From NCBI GenBank assembly GCA_030295235.1, contig AP026162.1:186001-250000 (forward strand): a stretch of 64,000 bases of DNA, read 5' to 3'. Below the pieces are notes generated by a model that was not told where the DNA came from, ran no database searches, and was given only the letters and a program-made list of their open reading frames with translations. This document shows, in pieces, positions 11,082-23,244 of this stretch (positions within the stretch are counted from its first letter, which is position 1; every line of letters begins with the position of its first letter). The DNA is from Fistulifera solaris. Its lineage: Eukaryota. The translations under genes were made by a program, and so were the position numbers.

Positions 11082-13601
11082 TTACTGAGCCTTAATTTCA
11101 TTTAATGCTCGATTTGTCACGCTGGCAATTGCGTTACCATCCGCTTTGGTAATTTGATGGTATTTACCCCGTGCTGCGTTCGCGATTTCTTTGGCGAGAC
11201 CAGTCGAAATGAACTTGTTTTCTGTGTCAATGCAGAGTAAATTGAAGCCATTCAGTGATCCGAGTTTCTTTGCCAACGCCAGCACCTCTTCCTTTAGATA
11301 GTTGCGGCTGGGTTTTCCGTCCTTCGACTCCTCGTCGGCATCCGGGTCAAACTCTTCTCCCATCGATACGCACAGCGGAACATTCGCTCTTCCATCCGAG
11401 ATTAGGACAACAACTACCTTTCCAATATCTCCACTCTTTTGTGCATTGATACCCGTCAACATGGCACTTTGTAAAGCATGAGCAAGGGGAGACCCACCAC
11501 CACACGGCATTTGCTCGAGACGCTTACGCGCCATGGTGATGGACTTGGTGGGGGGCAATAACACGTCGGACATTTCACCTTGGAAAGGGATTAGTGAAAT
11601 TTGGTCTCGACTTTGATACGCCTCTGTCAAGAGACTGACGGCGGCACCCTTCGCAGCGTTCATTCGGTTCAAAGCCATCGAGCCGGACGCATCCACAACG
11701 AAAATAATCAGCGATCCTGCTTTTCGTGCCATCTTCTTGATGCGCACATCTGATTCTTGGATAAATACACCGCGTCCTTCATTCTTGGTGCCAACGGCGC
11801 GACCACGGCGTGCCTTTTGGTAGGGGGCCGATGCACGAAGAGTAGCGTCGACTGATGATTGCAGAACAGCGTGAGATTATTGAATATCCCAAACTAACAG
11901 ACAATTCAACAGCAAAGATTTTTCTTACCTGCAAGACGAACAACCTTGCCTTTGGGAAGCATTGGCTTGATGTAACGACCACGATCTTGTGAAAAAATGA
12001 GACCGCGCCCTCCACCTTTACCCGCTCGCTCGCGACTCGAGAACTCAATCAAATCAGGGTCCATGGGCGTGGCATCAATATCAAACATGAACTCTTGCGG
12101 TACGTCCGGAACATCAGGAGTATCGTTTTCGTTCTCATCCTCGTCCTTATCTTCTTCTTCTTCTTTCTCTTCTTCCTTTTCATCTTCGTTTTGGTCTTCA
12201 TTTTGTTGCTCATCCATTTGCGGCGGCGGAGGCGGTGGCGGGGGAGGAGGAGGCATCATTTCATCCATGTCTTCCGGAGAGTTGATAAAAGTTCCTCGGG
12301 GTGCAATGGCGAGTTTCACGGCCAATCGCAAATCGTCCGCGTTGACTTGTCTTCCCTCCAAGGCAGCCGATGCTCGGGCGACTTCCGCAGCAAAGATCTC
12401 AGCGCGGTGTCCCTGACATCCAGCTCGGATGGCTTCTTCACAAAGATACTGGATTTGAGAAGGCGCCACTTTGACATCTTTAATGTACTCGCGAGCAAAC
12501 ACAATCGCTGTCCGCAAGTCGTCTTCGTTTTCAATGGCGGCGGCCAAATCGGCTTCGGCCTTTTCTGTCTTTTGCGGGCCTCCGCTGGAAAAGTTCAAGA
12601 CACTGTCAACGGCATTGACACGCTCGTCCACTTCGAGTGGCTGAGCATCCGCGGACAAGGCCACGGCGATGCGGTCAAGTAAGTGGTCGCGCAGTACGCC
12701 TTCGTCGGGGTTGAACGTGGCGATCAAAAGAGGCTTGCACGGATAACGTAGAGAGATACCCTCGCGTTCTACAATGACGTAGCCTTCGGTGACGACATTG
12801 AGAAGGATGTTTGCCGTTTCTTCATCCAAAAGGTTGATATCGTCGACGTACAAAACACCGCGATGTGCTTTAGCGAGTAAACCCGGAGAGAAGACACTCT
12901 TTCCTGTCTTGACACTCTCTTCCAAGTCAGCACTACCAATGAGACGATCTTCCATGACATTTAACGGAACTTGTACGAAAGGGCATGGAATGACTTCTGT
13001 CTCTCGTTCCGAAAGGGGCGTTCCTCCATTGTCGAGACTCCTTTGCGTAAAGTCATCTAGACCAAACTCTCCCTCCGGATCGATGTTAAATGGCGATCCT
13101 TTTATAACTTCAATGGGCGGCAACAACTGGTGCAACGCTCGAGCCATGACAGATTTGGCAGTACCTTTCCCGCCGGAAATAACAACTCCACCCATTCGAT
13201 TGTTGACAGCGGACAAGAGAAGCGCCTGTTTAATAGCGTCTTGCCCTACAATCATGGATAGAGGAAACGGACGACCTCCGGTATCCATCATTTTATTATC
13301 TTTAATAGTGACAGTTTCCGCCTCCATTGCGGCGCGAGCTCGCTCTTCGGCCGACAAAGGATCGGCAACCGCGCTCACGAAAGTGGTTGGTGCACCGTGG
13401 TGACGAACACTTCCACTTGTCGGCATGAAGGTAAAGGCATGACTCTGTGTTGCGAAAGAGAGACGGTTGTGTCAGTAAGAAAGTACTTGAATCTAAAGCA
13501 TGAAGAAACCCCAAATCAGTGTATTGTTTTCTTCTTCTACGTACCGTTTCACAAGCGACCAACAAGGCCAGCGATAACTGAAACGCTCGCCGAAGACCCA
13601 T
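11082..13601 (-). CDS. chlD: Magnesium chelatase subunit D, plastid; introns 13445..13544 and 11852..11928
   Basis: AAA-like domain ([24 protein letters not shown]), polyproline/acidic linker, then a vWA domain ([16 protein letters not shown]). Splicing gives presequence CETSHAF and the motif RLAVDATLRA. Confidence 0.95.
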
Positions 13602-14080
13602 TGCCTTGGCTTGTTGCTTTTATTATTAAATATAAACTATACAAATCCAGCCCAGCACAAACAAACAACCAAGACCAGAGTGATTGATTGAATTGTACAG
13701 TGGATTTGGCTTCGTTGAAGTCTCTGTTTCTCTCTTGCTTGCACTTTTTGTTCGTCGGTCGGTGGACACAACCTTTTCACTTTCGTACGAGAGCCTTCCA
13801 CTCATCATCATCCGCCGCGTTTGACGTTGTTGTGGGCCGACTTCAACTTTCGGGTCCTTTTTGTTTCCAATCAATCACGAGTTGTTGATGAATCACGCTC
13901 CTGAAGTCTATGGACACACCCGAAGTCATCGGTATGGCTTGAAAAAAAACGGCTGTACCTTTTTCTAGGGTATGGAATAAAAATGTTAATAACAACAAAT
14001 GGTAATATAGGCAATCGACGAGAAAAGCAGTGGTGATAAAAAAAGATACAATGATATTCCCCTTTATTCAACTAGACATC

Positions 14081-14900
14081 AAAATTTACTATGACATGGA
14101 CTGTTGGTTTACGGCAAACGCGACTCAATTATTTTCAGTCCCGAGACGAAACTGTTGCAATGATTTCAAACAACGTCCTGGGACCGTTTACGACGGAACG
14201 TTCGCACAAAAGTAAAACTATAAGTAGAAAGTTAGCGGTGTTGATGTTTCTGGTGATTTATCATGAATTGAGTCTCGTGAAATGTCTTTCTTCGAAGATT
14301 TCAAAATTTACTATGACATGGACTGTTGGTTTACGGCAAACGCGACTCAATTATTTTCAGTCCCGAGACGAAACTGTTGCAATGATTTCAAACAACGTCC
14401 TGGGACCGTTTACGACGGAACGTTCGCACAAAAGTAAAACTATAAGTAGAAAGTTAGCGGTGTTGATGTTTCTGGTGATTTATCATGAATTGAGTCTCGT
14501 GAAATGTCTTTCTTCGAAGATTTCAAAATTTACTATGACATGGACTGTTAGTTTACGGACTACGCGACTCGATTATTTACAGTCCTGAGACGAAACTGTT
14601 GCAATGATTTCCAACCAACCAACCAGGACGTCCTAGGGACCGTTTACGACGGAACGTTCGCACAAAAGTAAAACTATAAGTATAAAGGTAGCGGTGTTGA
14701 TGTTTCTGGTGATTTATCATGAATTGAGTCTCGTGAAATGTCTTTCTTCGAAGATTTCAAAATTTACTATGACATGGACTGTTAGTTTACGGACTACGCG
14801 ACTCGATTATTTACAGTCCCGAGACGAAACTGTTGCAATGATTACCAACCATCAGGACATCAGAGGCAGCGTTATTACGTTTTCGACCGAACGTTCTGCA
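14081..14900. repeat. Tandem repeat, 222-234-bp unit, ~3.5 copies
   Basis: AAAATTTACTATGACATGGACTG recurs at 14081, 14303, 14525 and 14759. Copies 1 and 2 are essentially identical. Confidence 0.95.
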
Positions 14901-15160
14901 CGAAAGTCAACATATAAGCAGAAAGGTATTGGTTGTGCCCATTTTCCATTTGTACTAATGACTAATGACCAAGCTAACTAAAAAAGTAGGGGGATGGGGG
15001 ATGTGTCTTGCATTCTGTACGACCACAGCTCATTTTTCCGCCAAAATGCGCTCTATTTCGCACCTTTAAAGCACGTTCCATCAGTTTGCCTCATTTTCTT
15101 TCTTCTTTCTCCATCAAAATCAGGGATACAAAACATAAGAATAAACAAATACTAAGAACC

Positions 15161-15931
15161 ATGAATCCCGAAACATCACCATTGACGAGCAACTTTGAAG
15201 TGTACGTCTCGAAAGACACGTTCAAATTCAACGCCGCTCATTTCGTCGCATTTCAAGGATACCGTGAGCGTTTGCACGGACACAATTATCAAGTCGGTGT
15301 TCGATTGCTCGGTCGTAGAACATTGGGCGCCGACGGTTATGTCATTGATTATGGAAATATCAAAGCTGTTTGTAAGACTGTTTGCAAGGAACTCAATGAA
15401 CACTTTCTTTGTCCCATGTACTCGGATGTATTGAAGATCGAGTCGGACGACAACACCAGCACGAATATCCGCATTACATGCCAGGATGGTTCCAGCTTTT
15501 CGTTTCCCAAACAAGATTGTGCTATGTTACCGATTGTACATGCCACTACAGAAGAAATCGCCATTTATCTGTGGTCGGAAATATTGAAAGGACTCAACTC
15601 ACAGTATTTGGCGCAGCGAGGAATTCACACCATGGAAGTCACGGTGGCGGAAGCACCGGGTCAACAAGCCACTTTTCGATGGGAAATTCCACAACAAGGT
15701 ATGGATGAGAACTTTTCGCTGGATGTTCGGACATTTCTTCAAACAGGACAAGTCGTTCCGATGCCTTGTCTGGAGCAAGACAAGCGTAACAAGTCGACCT
15801 GCTGCGATGGTTGCCAGAACCATTTTACGACTCAACTCGAACGACTTGCCAAAGCGATTAATGAACGAACTACAAAAGAAGCCATGACACCAGAGGAGTT
15901 ACAAAACATGTTAAATCATAATATGTCATAA
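15161..15931 (+). CDS. 6-pyruvoyl-tetrahydropterin synthase family protein, PTPS-III type
   Basis: Motifs FNAAHF, ERLHGHNY (Glu in place of the catalytic Cys), GYVIDY, ATTEEIA and EVTVAE. C-terminal extension contains CCDGC. Confidence 0.9.
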   Translation: MNPETSPLTSNFEVYVSKDTFKFNAAHFVAFQGYRERLHGHNYQVGVRLLGRRTLGADGYVIDYGNIKAVCKTVCKELNEHFLCPMYSDVLKIESDDNTSTNIRITCQDGSSFSFPKQDCAMLPIVHATTEEIAIYLWSEILKGLNSQYLAQRGIHTMEVTVAEAPGQQATFRWEIPQQGMDENFSLDVRTFLQTGQVVPMPCLEQDKRNKSTCCDGCQNHFTTQLERLAKAINERTTKEAMTPEELQNMLNHNMS

Positions 15932-15982
15932 GAAATAAACACACGAGTTTTATGACAATCTCCCGAAAACGTAAATCTTTGT

Positions 15983-17069
15983 TTACGCCTTCTTGGCTTT
16001 GGGAGCAGGTTCCGAGTGCTTGGACGCCAGAGAGTAAGCAAATGTACCCAAAATGGCAATCGCCGAACCGATGACGGTATTGCGTTCCATGGCTTCCGCA
16101 AAGACAAATGCCGAAACCACAATAATGATGACTCGCTTGGCCGTGTTGAGGACCGATGATGTCACGGCACCAACACTCGCCGTGAACTGGAACGCCAATT
16201 CGTTGTACATGTAGAAGCAAAAGCCACTCATGACAATATTGTAAGCCAAAGCCTGCATGCCGTGCTTGTCAATCGCGTGGTCGATTTCGCTCTTTAGTGT
16301 CGGCAACTCACTGACGACAACAAACGGAATAGTGCAAATGAAGGAAATAATGTTCATGACAGCATAAACGTTGGTAGCATCCATGTTCTTGGCTTTGTCG
16401 GACTTCAAGGCTTTGGTGACAGAGCTGCCCAACTTTCCCTTCAAGGCGGCCGCCGCGTTGGCCATGGAAGCATAAAGGAAGGCTTCTACATTAATATCAA
16501 TACCCTTTCCTTCCTTGATGCAGGCCAAACCGACACCACCGACAATGGGAATGAGCATGGCGTAGGCCAAGATGGGCTTGACATCGGCCGGAGGGATAAG
16601 GATGCCGACGACGGCCGCAAATACCGGCTCGCACGCCTTGACGATTTGTGCGAACGAAACGGCACCGACGGCGGATGCTAGAACGGATCCACCGTGCGAC
16701 AATGAAGCGAACAAACCAATGGGAACACAAGCAGCAATATCGGCCGCCGAGAGACTGGGAGCTTTACGAATACCGGTTCCCCAGAGAAGAATGCTGTAAA
16801 CAATACCGACCGCCAATTGTGCGGCAGCCAAGAACCAGTGCGCATGAAGCATATTGGCTGCTTTCTTGTTGTAAATGTTGTAGAACGTATTAAGAGCGTA
16901 CCATCCTACAACTAGGAGGACCTGATTTTGGCAGAAAAAAGCGAACAAAATGAGCAAAAACGTCGTGAATATCTTAGTTGACGGGTGTCTGCTTTTTTCT
17001 TCAGCGATACGGCACGTCTCGAACACTCACCAACCGAAGGGTCGAAGGGGAATCTTTAGAGGCGCTCAT
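15983..17069 (-). CDS. Triose-phosphate/phosphate translocator family protein; intron 16922..17030
   Basis: Motifs WYALNTFYNIYNKK, VSFAQIVKACEPVF, YNELAF and VTSSVLNTAKRVIIIV. Short exon 1 MSASKDSPSTLRL with no presequence. Confidence 0.92.
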
Positions 17070-17626
17070 TGCTGATAATGGGTTCAAGAATAAGGTCTAT
17101 TTTCTCTAAAAGCTTTGGTAGGAGAGGATTCAAGGCACCAGGTGCAATTGTAATGCAGGACGAAAGTGAAGCCGTCCTCGACTGACACCAAACTGCCGGT
17201 ACTAAATGTCAATGAGTAAAAGAGTAATCCACGTGGAGACATACGTAGGAGAGCGTTCGCCGAGATTTCGCCAATTTTTATTGGAGGACTTCCGTCCTTC
17301 TTCCGATAGTAGGATGACGGAGAGACAACGAAAAAGTGCGCGAAAGATCGCGCGCTGACATGGGACAGACTGACGCGCCTTTTCTGAATGAGCGAAAAGG
17401 TTGATTAAGGATAACCAGTTGTCGGGATGTTATAGTCACTTTCCTATGAACGCTAATGGAGCGCAGGTCAAGCCTCGCAAAGATCGGGGCGATCGACTTC
17501 AACAAGGTTGAACTCGTTTGCTACGTAAAACGCCCGTATCTTTCGTCCGGCGGCAAACTCAAGGGTCCTTTCTCGCTCATTTCCTCGCAAAGCATTATTT
17601 AACGAATCCTCCATTTGACTGCTACA

Positions 17627-18210
17627 ATGAAGTTCGCCGTTCTTGCCTCTCTTCTTGCCTCTGCCGCTGCCTTCGCTCCGGCCCAAAAGACTGCCTCCAC
17701 CACTTCGTTGAAGGCTTTCGAAAACGAAGTCGGTGTCCAGCAACCCTCGGTTTCTGGGATCCTCTGGGCCTTGTTGCCGATGGAGACCAAGCCCGATTCG
17801 ATCGCCTCCGCTTCGTTGAGATCAAGCACGGACGTATTTGCATGCTTGCCGTCGCTGGATACCTCACCACGGAAGCCGGTATCCGTCTTCCTGGATTGAT
17901 CTCCTACGATGGAACTTCCTTCGCCGACATTCCCAGCGGATTTGATGCCCTCTCGGCCGTCCCCGCCGCCGGTATCACACAAATCCTGGCTTTCATTGGA
18001 TTCTTGGAGATTGCCGTCATGCGAGACCGCGTCGGAGGAGAATTCCCCGGGGACTTCCGCAACAACTTCATTGACTTTGGATGGGACACCTTTTCCGATC
18101 AGAAGAAGTTGGAAAAGCGTGCCATTGAGTTGAACAACGGCCGTGCCGCTCAAATGGGTATCCTCGCTTTGATGGTTCACGAGAAAATGGGAGTTTCGAT
18201 CCTTCCCTAA
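17627..18210 (+). CDS. Fucoxanthin-chlorophyll a/c binding protein (Lhcf); apparent 1-nt frameshift ~17745
   Basis: Presequence ASAAAFAP. Motifs GFWDPLG, EIKHGRICMLA and ELNNGRAAQMG. One extra C in the CCC run restores QQPLGFWDP. Confidence 0.95.
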
Positions 18211-18485
18211 GCTAAGAATCGATCTCTTACAGTCTGTAGGAATTTAGACTCCTTTTTCGACTCTAGCTAGGTTTTGCGTACTCTATGTAGTTTCATCCAC
18301 ATCTTTCATTTCATCGTCCTAGTTAGATTGCGATCAGTTACGGCACGAACCAACCTGTATGATACTACTATACTGTACGTGAGTTTAGCAAGTCATTGCG
18401 ATGTGCTAGTAATACAAATCGAATAAGTGAACTATGTCTAGATGCTTCGAAATCCCTCTGCTTCTTCCGTTCATCGTCCTCTTGG

Positions 18486-20051
18486 TCAAAAGTCGTTGCC
18501 CCCACTGCCATCATCGTCGTCATCGTCATCCGAATCATCGTAGTCCGGAACCATAGAATCGGCCAGCATATCCATCTCCTCCTCATAATCACGTGCCCAA
18601 AGCAGACGCTCGTACTCTTCGGTGAAAAGGAGGGCTTTGCCCTTGTTGAGTGCCACAAGCTGACCCGTGATGTCGGGAAATTCAAATAGGTTTTGCCGTG
18701 AATAGATCATATCCATGAAGGGTAGAGTCCGTTCTGAATCGGACCAGTCACTATCACTTTCATCCTGGACAACGGCATACGCCTGAAACACTTGATGATT
18801 TTCAGCATCCACCACAGATCCTAGCGAGTGGATCTGTCTGTTTCTTCTCGAGGAACTATTTCTAGGAACAGGTGATTTACGATCCAACAAAGCCATGATG
18901 AGTGCTCGAACTTTCTTGTCGATGCAGCCACTCAAAAGTACCGATTGGGCCACAATCGACTTTTCCTCTTCGTCCCTTGTAGTATACTGATTCGCTTCTA
19001 ATTTCTCATCTTCGTAAAATTCAGCATCCAGTTTCGACACGACGTGTTTGAAGAAGGATTCAGTTTGATCTTCGTCGAGATCATTCAAACGTTCTAAGTT
19101 AACCAGTCCTAGAGTGTCCACGTGAAACACATATTGAACGAAGTATTCGAGTGATCCCACAATATCTTGTATTTCGCTCAAGGTGGGTATTAATCGTGTC
19201 TCGACTTCTGCGGACCATTGATCTGCGATATTCTCTTCTATAGATTTTTCGAGGGCGAAGAGCACCTCCCGTACATACGGAATCTCCATCCTCTCCAGTT
19301 TGTAATCAGCCCGCATACCTTTCAACAGAACAGCGGCACAGGCGAATCGTCTATTCTCAATCAAACAGCAAAGACTGCAGTGAAACGTATGCGCTGTAAC
19401 GCATGGAGACCATGCCGCTGCTTCCAATATCAGTCTGGCTGGATTTTCTTCTATCAGCAGGTCTGCCCACGCGGCAAACGATTGCATGAGCCTTTCGTGT
19501 AGCGGGAGATGCATCGGTAAACCCAATTCATGAACCCGTCGTGCCATCAATAAAGATGCTTGTAAAACAGTTACGCGATGATCGGTAAGACGCTTGTCGA
19601 AGGCGTGATCGAGAAGGCGAGAAATGAGTTGTAAAAACACACGATGTAAGGTGGCGTATTGTGAAGAATTTTGCTGTTCTGAGAAGACTTCTACAAAACT
19701 GGGCGGTCTAGAAACGGCAAGTAGCCTTTGAGCGGCTTTGACTGTTTCCTCTACATCATGATGCGCAGAATCTGACGTTCTTGCGGTCGAATCTTTGGCA
19801 AGTCGCAACGAAAGAATACTACGTTCCGCTTCTTGAGCAGCATAGGTGAGAGCGTCACTTCGAAGGTCAGCTTCTTTTGTAGGAATCGAACAAAAAGTTC
19901 TTGGCATCAATGCATTGGATACGCAAGAAGCGTAATGAAGGTTTTGTGGAAGTCGTTGTCCACATTCAAGGGTGGAAATCACTGAAGGACCCATCATTCG
20001 AAATAATACTCGTCGCGACAACATGATACGCTTTCCTATTCTTTCTCTCAT
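18486..20051 (-). CDS. Hypothetical helical protein, possible mitochondrial presequence, acidic C-terminus
   Basis: Uninterrupted 521-aa ORF. Arg-rich MLSRRVLFR segment near the N-terminus. No family recognised. Confidence 0.7.
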   Translation of the reverse strand: MRERIGKRIMLSRRVLFRMMGPSVISTLECGQRLPQNLHYASCVSNALMPRTFCSIPTKEADLRSDALTYAAQEAERSILSLRLAKDSTARTSDSAHHDVEETVKAAQRLLAVSRPPSFVEVFSEQQNSSQYATLHRVFLQLISRLLDHAFDKRLTDHRVTVLQASLLMARRVHELGLPMHLPLHERLMQSFAAWADLLIEENPARLILEAAAWSPCVTAHTFHCSLCCLIENRRFACAAVLLKGMRADYKLERMEIPYVREVLFALEKSIEENIADQWSAEVETRLIPTLSEIQDIVGSLEYFVQYVFHVDTLGLVNLERLNDLDEDQTESFFKHVVSKLDAEFYEDEKLEANQYTTRDEEEKSIVAQSVLLSGCIDKKVRALIMALLDRKSPVPRNSSSRRNRQIHSLGSVVDAENHQVFQAYAVVQDESDSDWSDSERTLPFMDMIYSRQNLFEFPDITGQLVALNKGKALLFTEEYERLLWARDYEEEMDMLADSMVPDYDDSDDDDDDDGSGGNDF

Positions 20052-20539
20052 CTTTGCATTATCGTCAAGGAAACTTCGAAGGGATGTGTGATTGATATGG
20101 TATTAGAAATTCGTCAACAAAGGACAAGAGAAAGCAAGGAAAAGTAATAATGGCAGCAGCGATTTTGTGAATCAATGCGCGGCGCCAGCGGCACCAAAAC
20201 GAAAAACAAATATTCGGGTTACCCCGACATCGATAAATTTCCTACGGGATATACGAGAATGCCAAATCGGAATCGGAATATTTGTGACAAAAGAGAAAAA
20301 AACAGTGGAAAATTCAGTCGAATGAGAAAATTCATTCGGACTTTAGGAAATTAGGAATATATATTTAGGATTGATTTATATATGAAAGTGTGGCATTTGC
20401 ATAAGTTGTCTCTTTCATCTTTGGAGTTTGGAGTTCATCCGAGCGCTGATTGTAAGATGGTGCCAACAACCTATGTCGACGATTGTTATGAAGCTTTACG
20501 TCGAAAATAGTAAGTTAGTTTTGGGTAGTACAGCGATTT

Positions 20540-21000
20540 TGTGCACGTTCCAGAATTTCTGGAAACTGTGTTTTGGGTCATACAGCGATACTTGTAAATT
20601 CTGGAATCACCGCTATTTTGGGTAGCACAGAAACTCTGTGTAGTCTACATTCCATTACTATTTTGGAATTGATGGTTTTGGGGTATCGATGGTTTTGGTT
20701 CGTTTAGAGATTTTGTGCACGTTCCAGAAATTAACACAGACATTCTGTATACGTTCCAGATTTTCTGGAATCGGTGTTTTCGGTCATACATAATCCTAGC
20801 ATAATCCTGCGTACATTCCAGAAATGATGGGATCTATATCTTGCGTCACGCAAAGATTCTAAGCACGTTCCAGAAGTTCTAGAATCGGAATTTGGGTAAT
20901 GCAGAAATTCTGTGTGATTTCCAGAAATTCTGGAATTGGTGTTTTTAAAATCATAAAGCCAATTTGGGCACGTTCCAGAAATTCCGGAATCACTTGTCGA
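20540..21000. repeat. Degenerate ~53-bp satellite with TTCCAGAAATTCTGGAA cores
   Basis: Cores near 20548, 20722, 20753, 20816, 20867, 20919 and 20973. The last four are spaced 51-54 bp apart. Confidence 0.8.
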
Positions 21001-21455
21001 ATGGTGTTTATGAAGTCAGGGAACAGGGAATCTGTTGATGATTATCACGATGACAATTGTAGTAGCCGCACCCCTGCTTCGATAAATTTCCTTCAGTAAA
21101 CCTTACGGTGCCAACGTGAAATTAACCTGGGCAGTGAAAGTGTTGCATCTCTTGTCTTTCTCATGTTTGGAGTTCATCCAAGTGCCGATTATTGTAACAT
21201 GGTTCTTGAACGCTATGTGTCGTGAAGCTTTATGTCGCGAAAAGAAATATTAGTCTAAAGATATTGATGAAAAGTTGAGTAGGTTTATATCCGGGTTTCC
21301 CCTCTGTCGATAAATTTCCCTACGAGGCCTACGTGAAATGTAGGTACCATTCGGGTCAAATGAGTTTCTGAGTACTATAAAATATATAGGACATGATTAC
21401 TATATACATAAGTGTGTTTCTACGACAGAAATCGTATACCGTTTGAAGCGACACC

Positions 21456-22283
21456 TTGCCTTTCCCACTGAACACATTTTTTCTTCACGACATTATCGCG
21501 CAAAAAATGCATCCGACCATGGCGACTCGACGACGCAGCAGTGAAATCAATTCTGGGCGAGCTTGTGTTGTTTTGCACCATTCAAACAAGCGACGAAGGA
21601 GTGATAGATCGGTGCAAAACAACACAAGCAGAGCCCCGGAGTGCGAAGATATTTGGTCGGTTGTCGTGGCATTGTTTCGTCATGCCACTCCCGGTATCTG
21701 GTGGCGATTATTGCCAGAAAACAATAAAAACGATGATATTTCCTACGCAACTTCAGTCGATTGGGAGAACATATGTCCTTTATTGATTTATGTCAAAATT
21801 TTGGAGAAGAAAGTGGTTTTGGGAGTCGAAAAACTTTTTGTGATGAAAGAAGCGCTTGATACACTCGTGGACAAGATGGGACGAAAGAAAATTCATATTT
21901 CCATCTATCGTCCACCACACAGCAAGCAGGCTTTCTACTTTTGTGTTGGGCAACCTTTGTATTCTAAGGTCAAGGAATGTGCCCGTATGGTTGCTTCTGA
22001 GTTAGCTCCGGGACCTCCCGGGATGACCGATGACAAGCTCCGCAAAAATGCCGCCTTGCTTCAGACGTACTCCGCGAACACCAAATCGAGCATGTACGAC
22101 CAGCAAATGAACAAGAAAATCTGCACTTACTAGCTAACGCTGTTCTTGAACAAGAACAAGAACAAGAAATCTTTGCTGTGCCACTATCGAGAGAAGATGA
22201 GATCGAAAACGCCATCACATATGCACTGGCGCTTGCATTCGAAAGGGTTCCGCGCTACGTTCGTCAATCGGACGACAAAATCA
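21456..22283 (+). pseudogene. 5' reading frame inside the transposon (unknown domain), frameshifted near 22075
   Basis: 225-aa ORF with basic NLS-like patches (TRRR, KRRR). A protein-like frame (QIEHVRPANEQENLHLLANAVLEQ...) continues in another phase up to the junction with transposase sequence. Confidence 0.5.
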
Positions 22284-22284
22284 C

Positions 22285-23244
22285 CTTGGCGTTGTTGCAA
22301 GGCCCAAGAAGTCGAAAGATTTTGACGGAAGAGTCTTTATGAAAAGGGTTAGTAAAGAGAAAGAGTACAGCCGAGCAACACCAAGTTACAAGTTTCACGA
22401 CAGCATTTCGATCAACAACGAGATCAAGAACGGCTCTTGGAGAGCCCTTTACAATGATTTGAAAGACATCTGCGGTGATATGACAGTGGGCGAGTTTTTC
22501 GATGCACTTTCCGATTTCTATGAGCTTCGCGACGAAGTGGCTGCAGTCCTGCAATTTCGCAACACAGTCACAAAGAGACCTTTAGACGAGGATGATCAGC
22601 TGTGTGACTTCGACATCAAAGAGCTTGAAGTTCGTTGCTATTACCCGGCAGGGCATAAAGTCGAGGTGGACATTTCCTGTGATTCTTCCTTCATGCTGAG
22701 CATTATGCACCAAGTCGGTCAAGCACTTCGAGAAAAATTTCACTGGGTGGACAAGAACGAGAAAATTTATCTGGTGATGGATAACGCAGGAGGACACGGA
22801 ACACAGCTAGCCAAAGAAGAATACAGACGAAAATTGGAGAGCGAATACAACGTTGAGATTGTCTGGCAAGTTCCTCGGTCGCCCGAAACAAACATGCTTG
22901 ATCTCGGAGTCTGGATGAGCATTCAAAACAAGGTCGAAAAGGTTCATCACGGAAAACGACCCGATTGCGATGCGCTTGCAAGATCAATTGAAGAGGCATG
23001 GGAGCACCATCTTTCACCTCAAGCATTTCTAAACGTGTGGAAGCGATTGCGGCGTGTTTTGAAATTGATTGTGGACGACAAAGGCGGCAACAATCTGGTC
23101 GAGTCGGAACGAGGCAAACTCTTCAGAGACCCAACGATTGACGATTTGCTGAACGCCCACAACGACACAAACGACGAAGATCAAGAGAACAACAGCGAAA
23201 ATGAGAATGACGAAGCAAGCGACGAAGAGAATGACAACGAGTAA
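22285..23244 (+). pseudogene. DD39D mariner transposase, C-terminal catalytic portion only
   Basis: LGVVARP..FDGR upstream of the ATG at 22339, then LVMDNAGGHG, QVPRSPETNMLDLGVW and DKGGN. No first-Asp motif (DEKWF-like) or HTH is visible. Confidence 0.85.

Noticed and set aside
14091..14981. 74-aa repeat protein
   Set aside because: It arises because the 222-bp unit is a multiple of 3. Copy 3 has a stop, and there is no recognisable domain.
271..18210. Chlorophyll/photosynthesis gene cluster (ALAD, CHLD, TPT, Lhcf)
   Set aside because: The genes are interspersed with unrelated genes, and plastid-related genes are common in algal genomes. There is no evidence of a true cluster without synteny data.
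22339..23244. Fanzor/TnpB-like RNA-guided nuclease cargo in the mariner element
   Set aside because: Neither internal ORF shows RuvC-like motifs or a CxxC zinc finger. The 3' ORF is explained as a DDD transposase.
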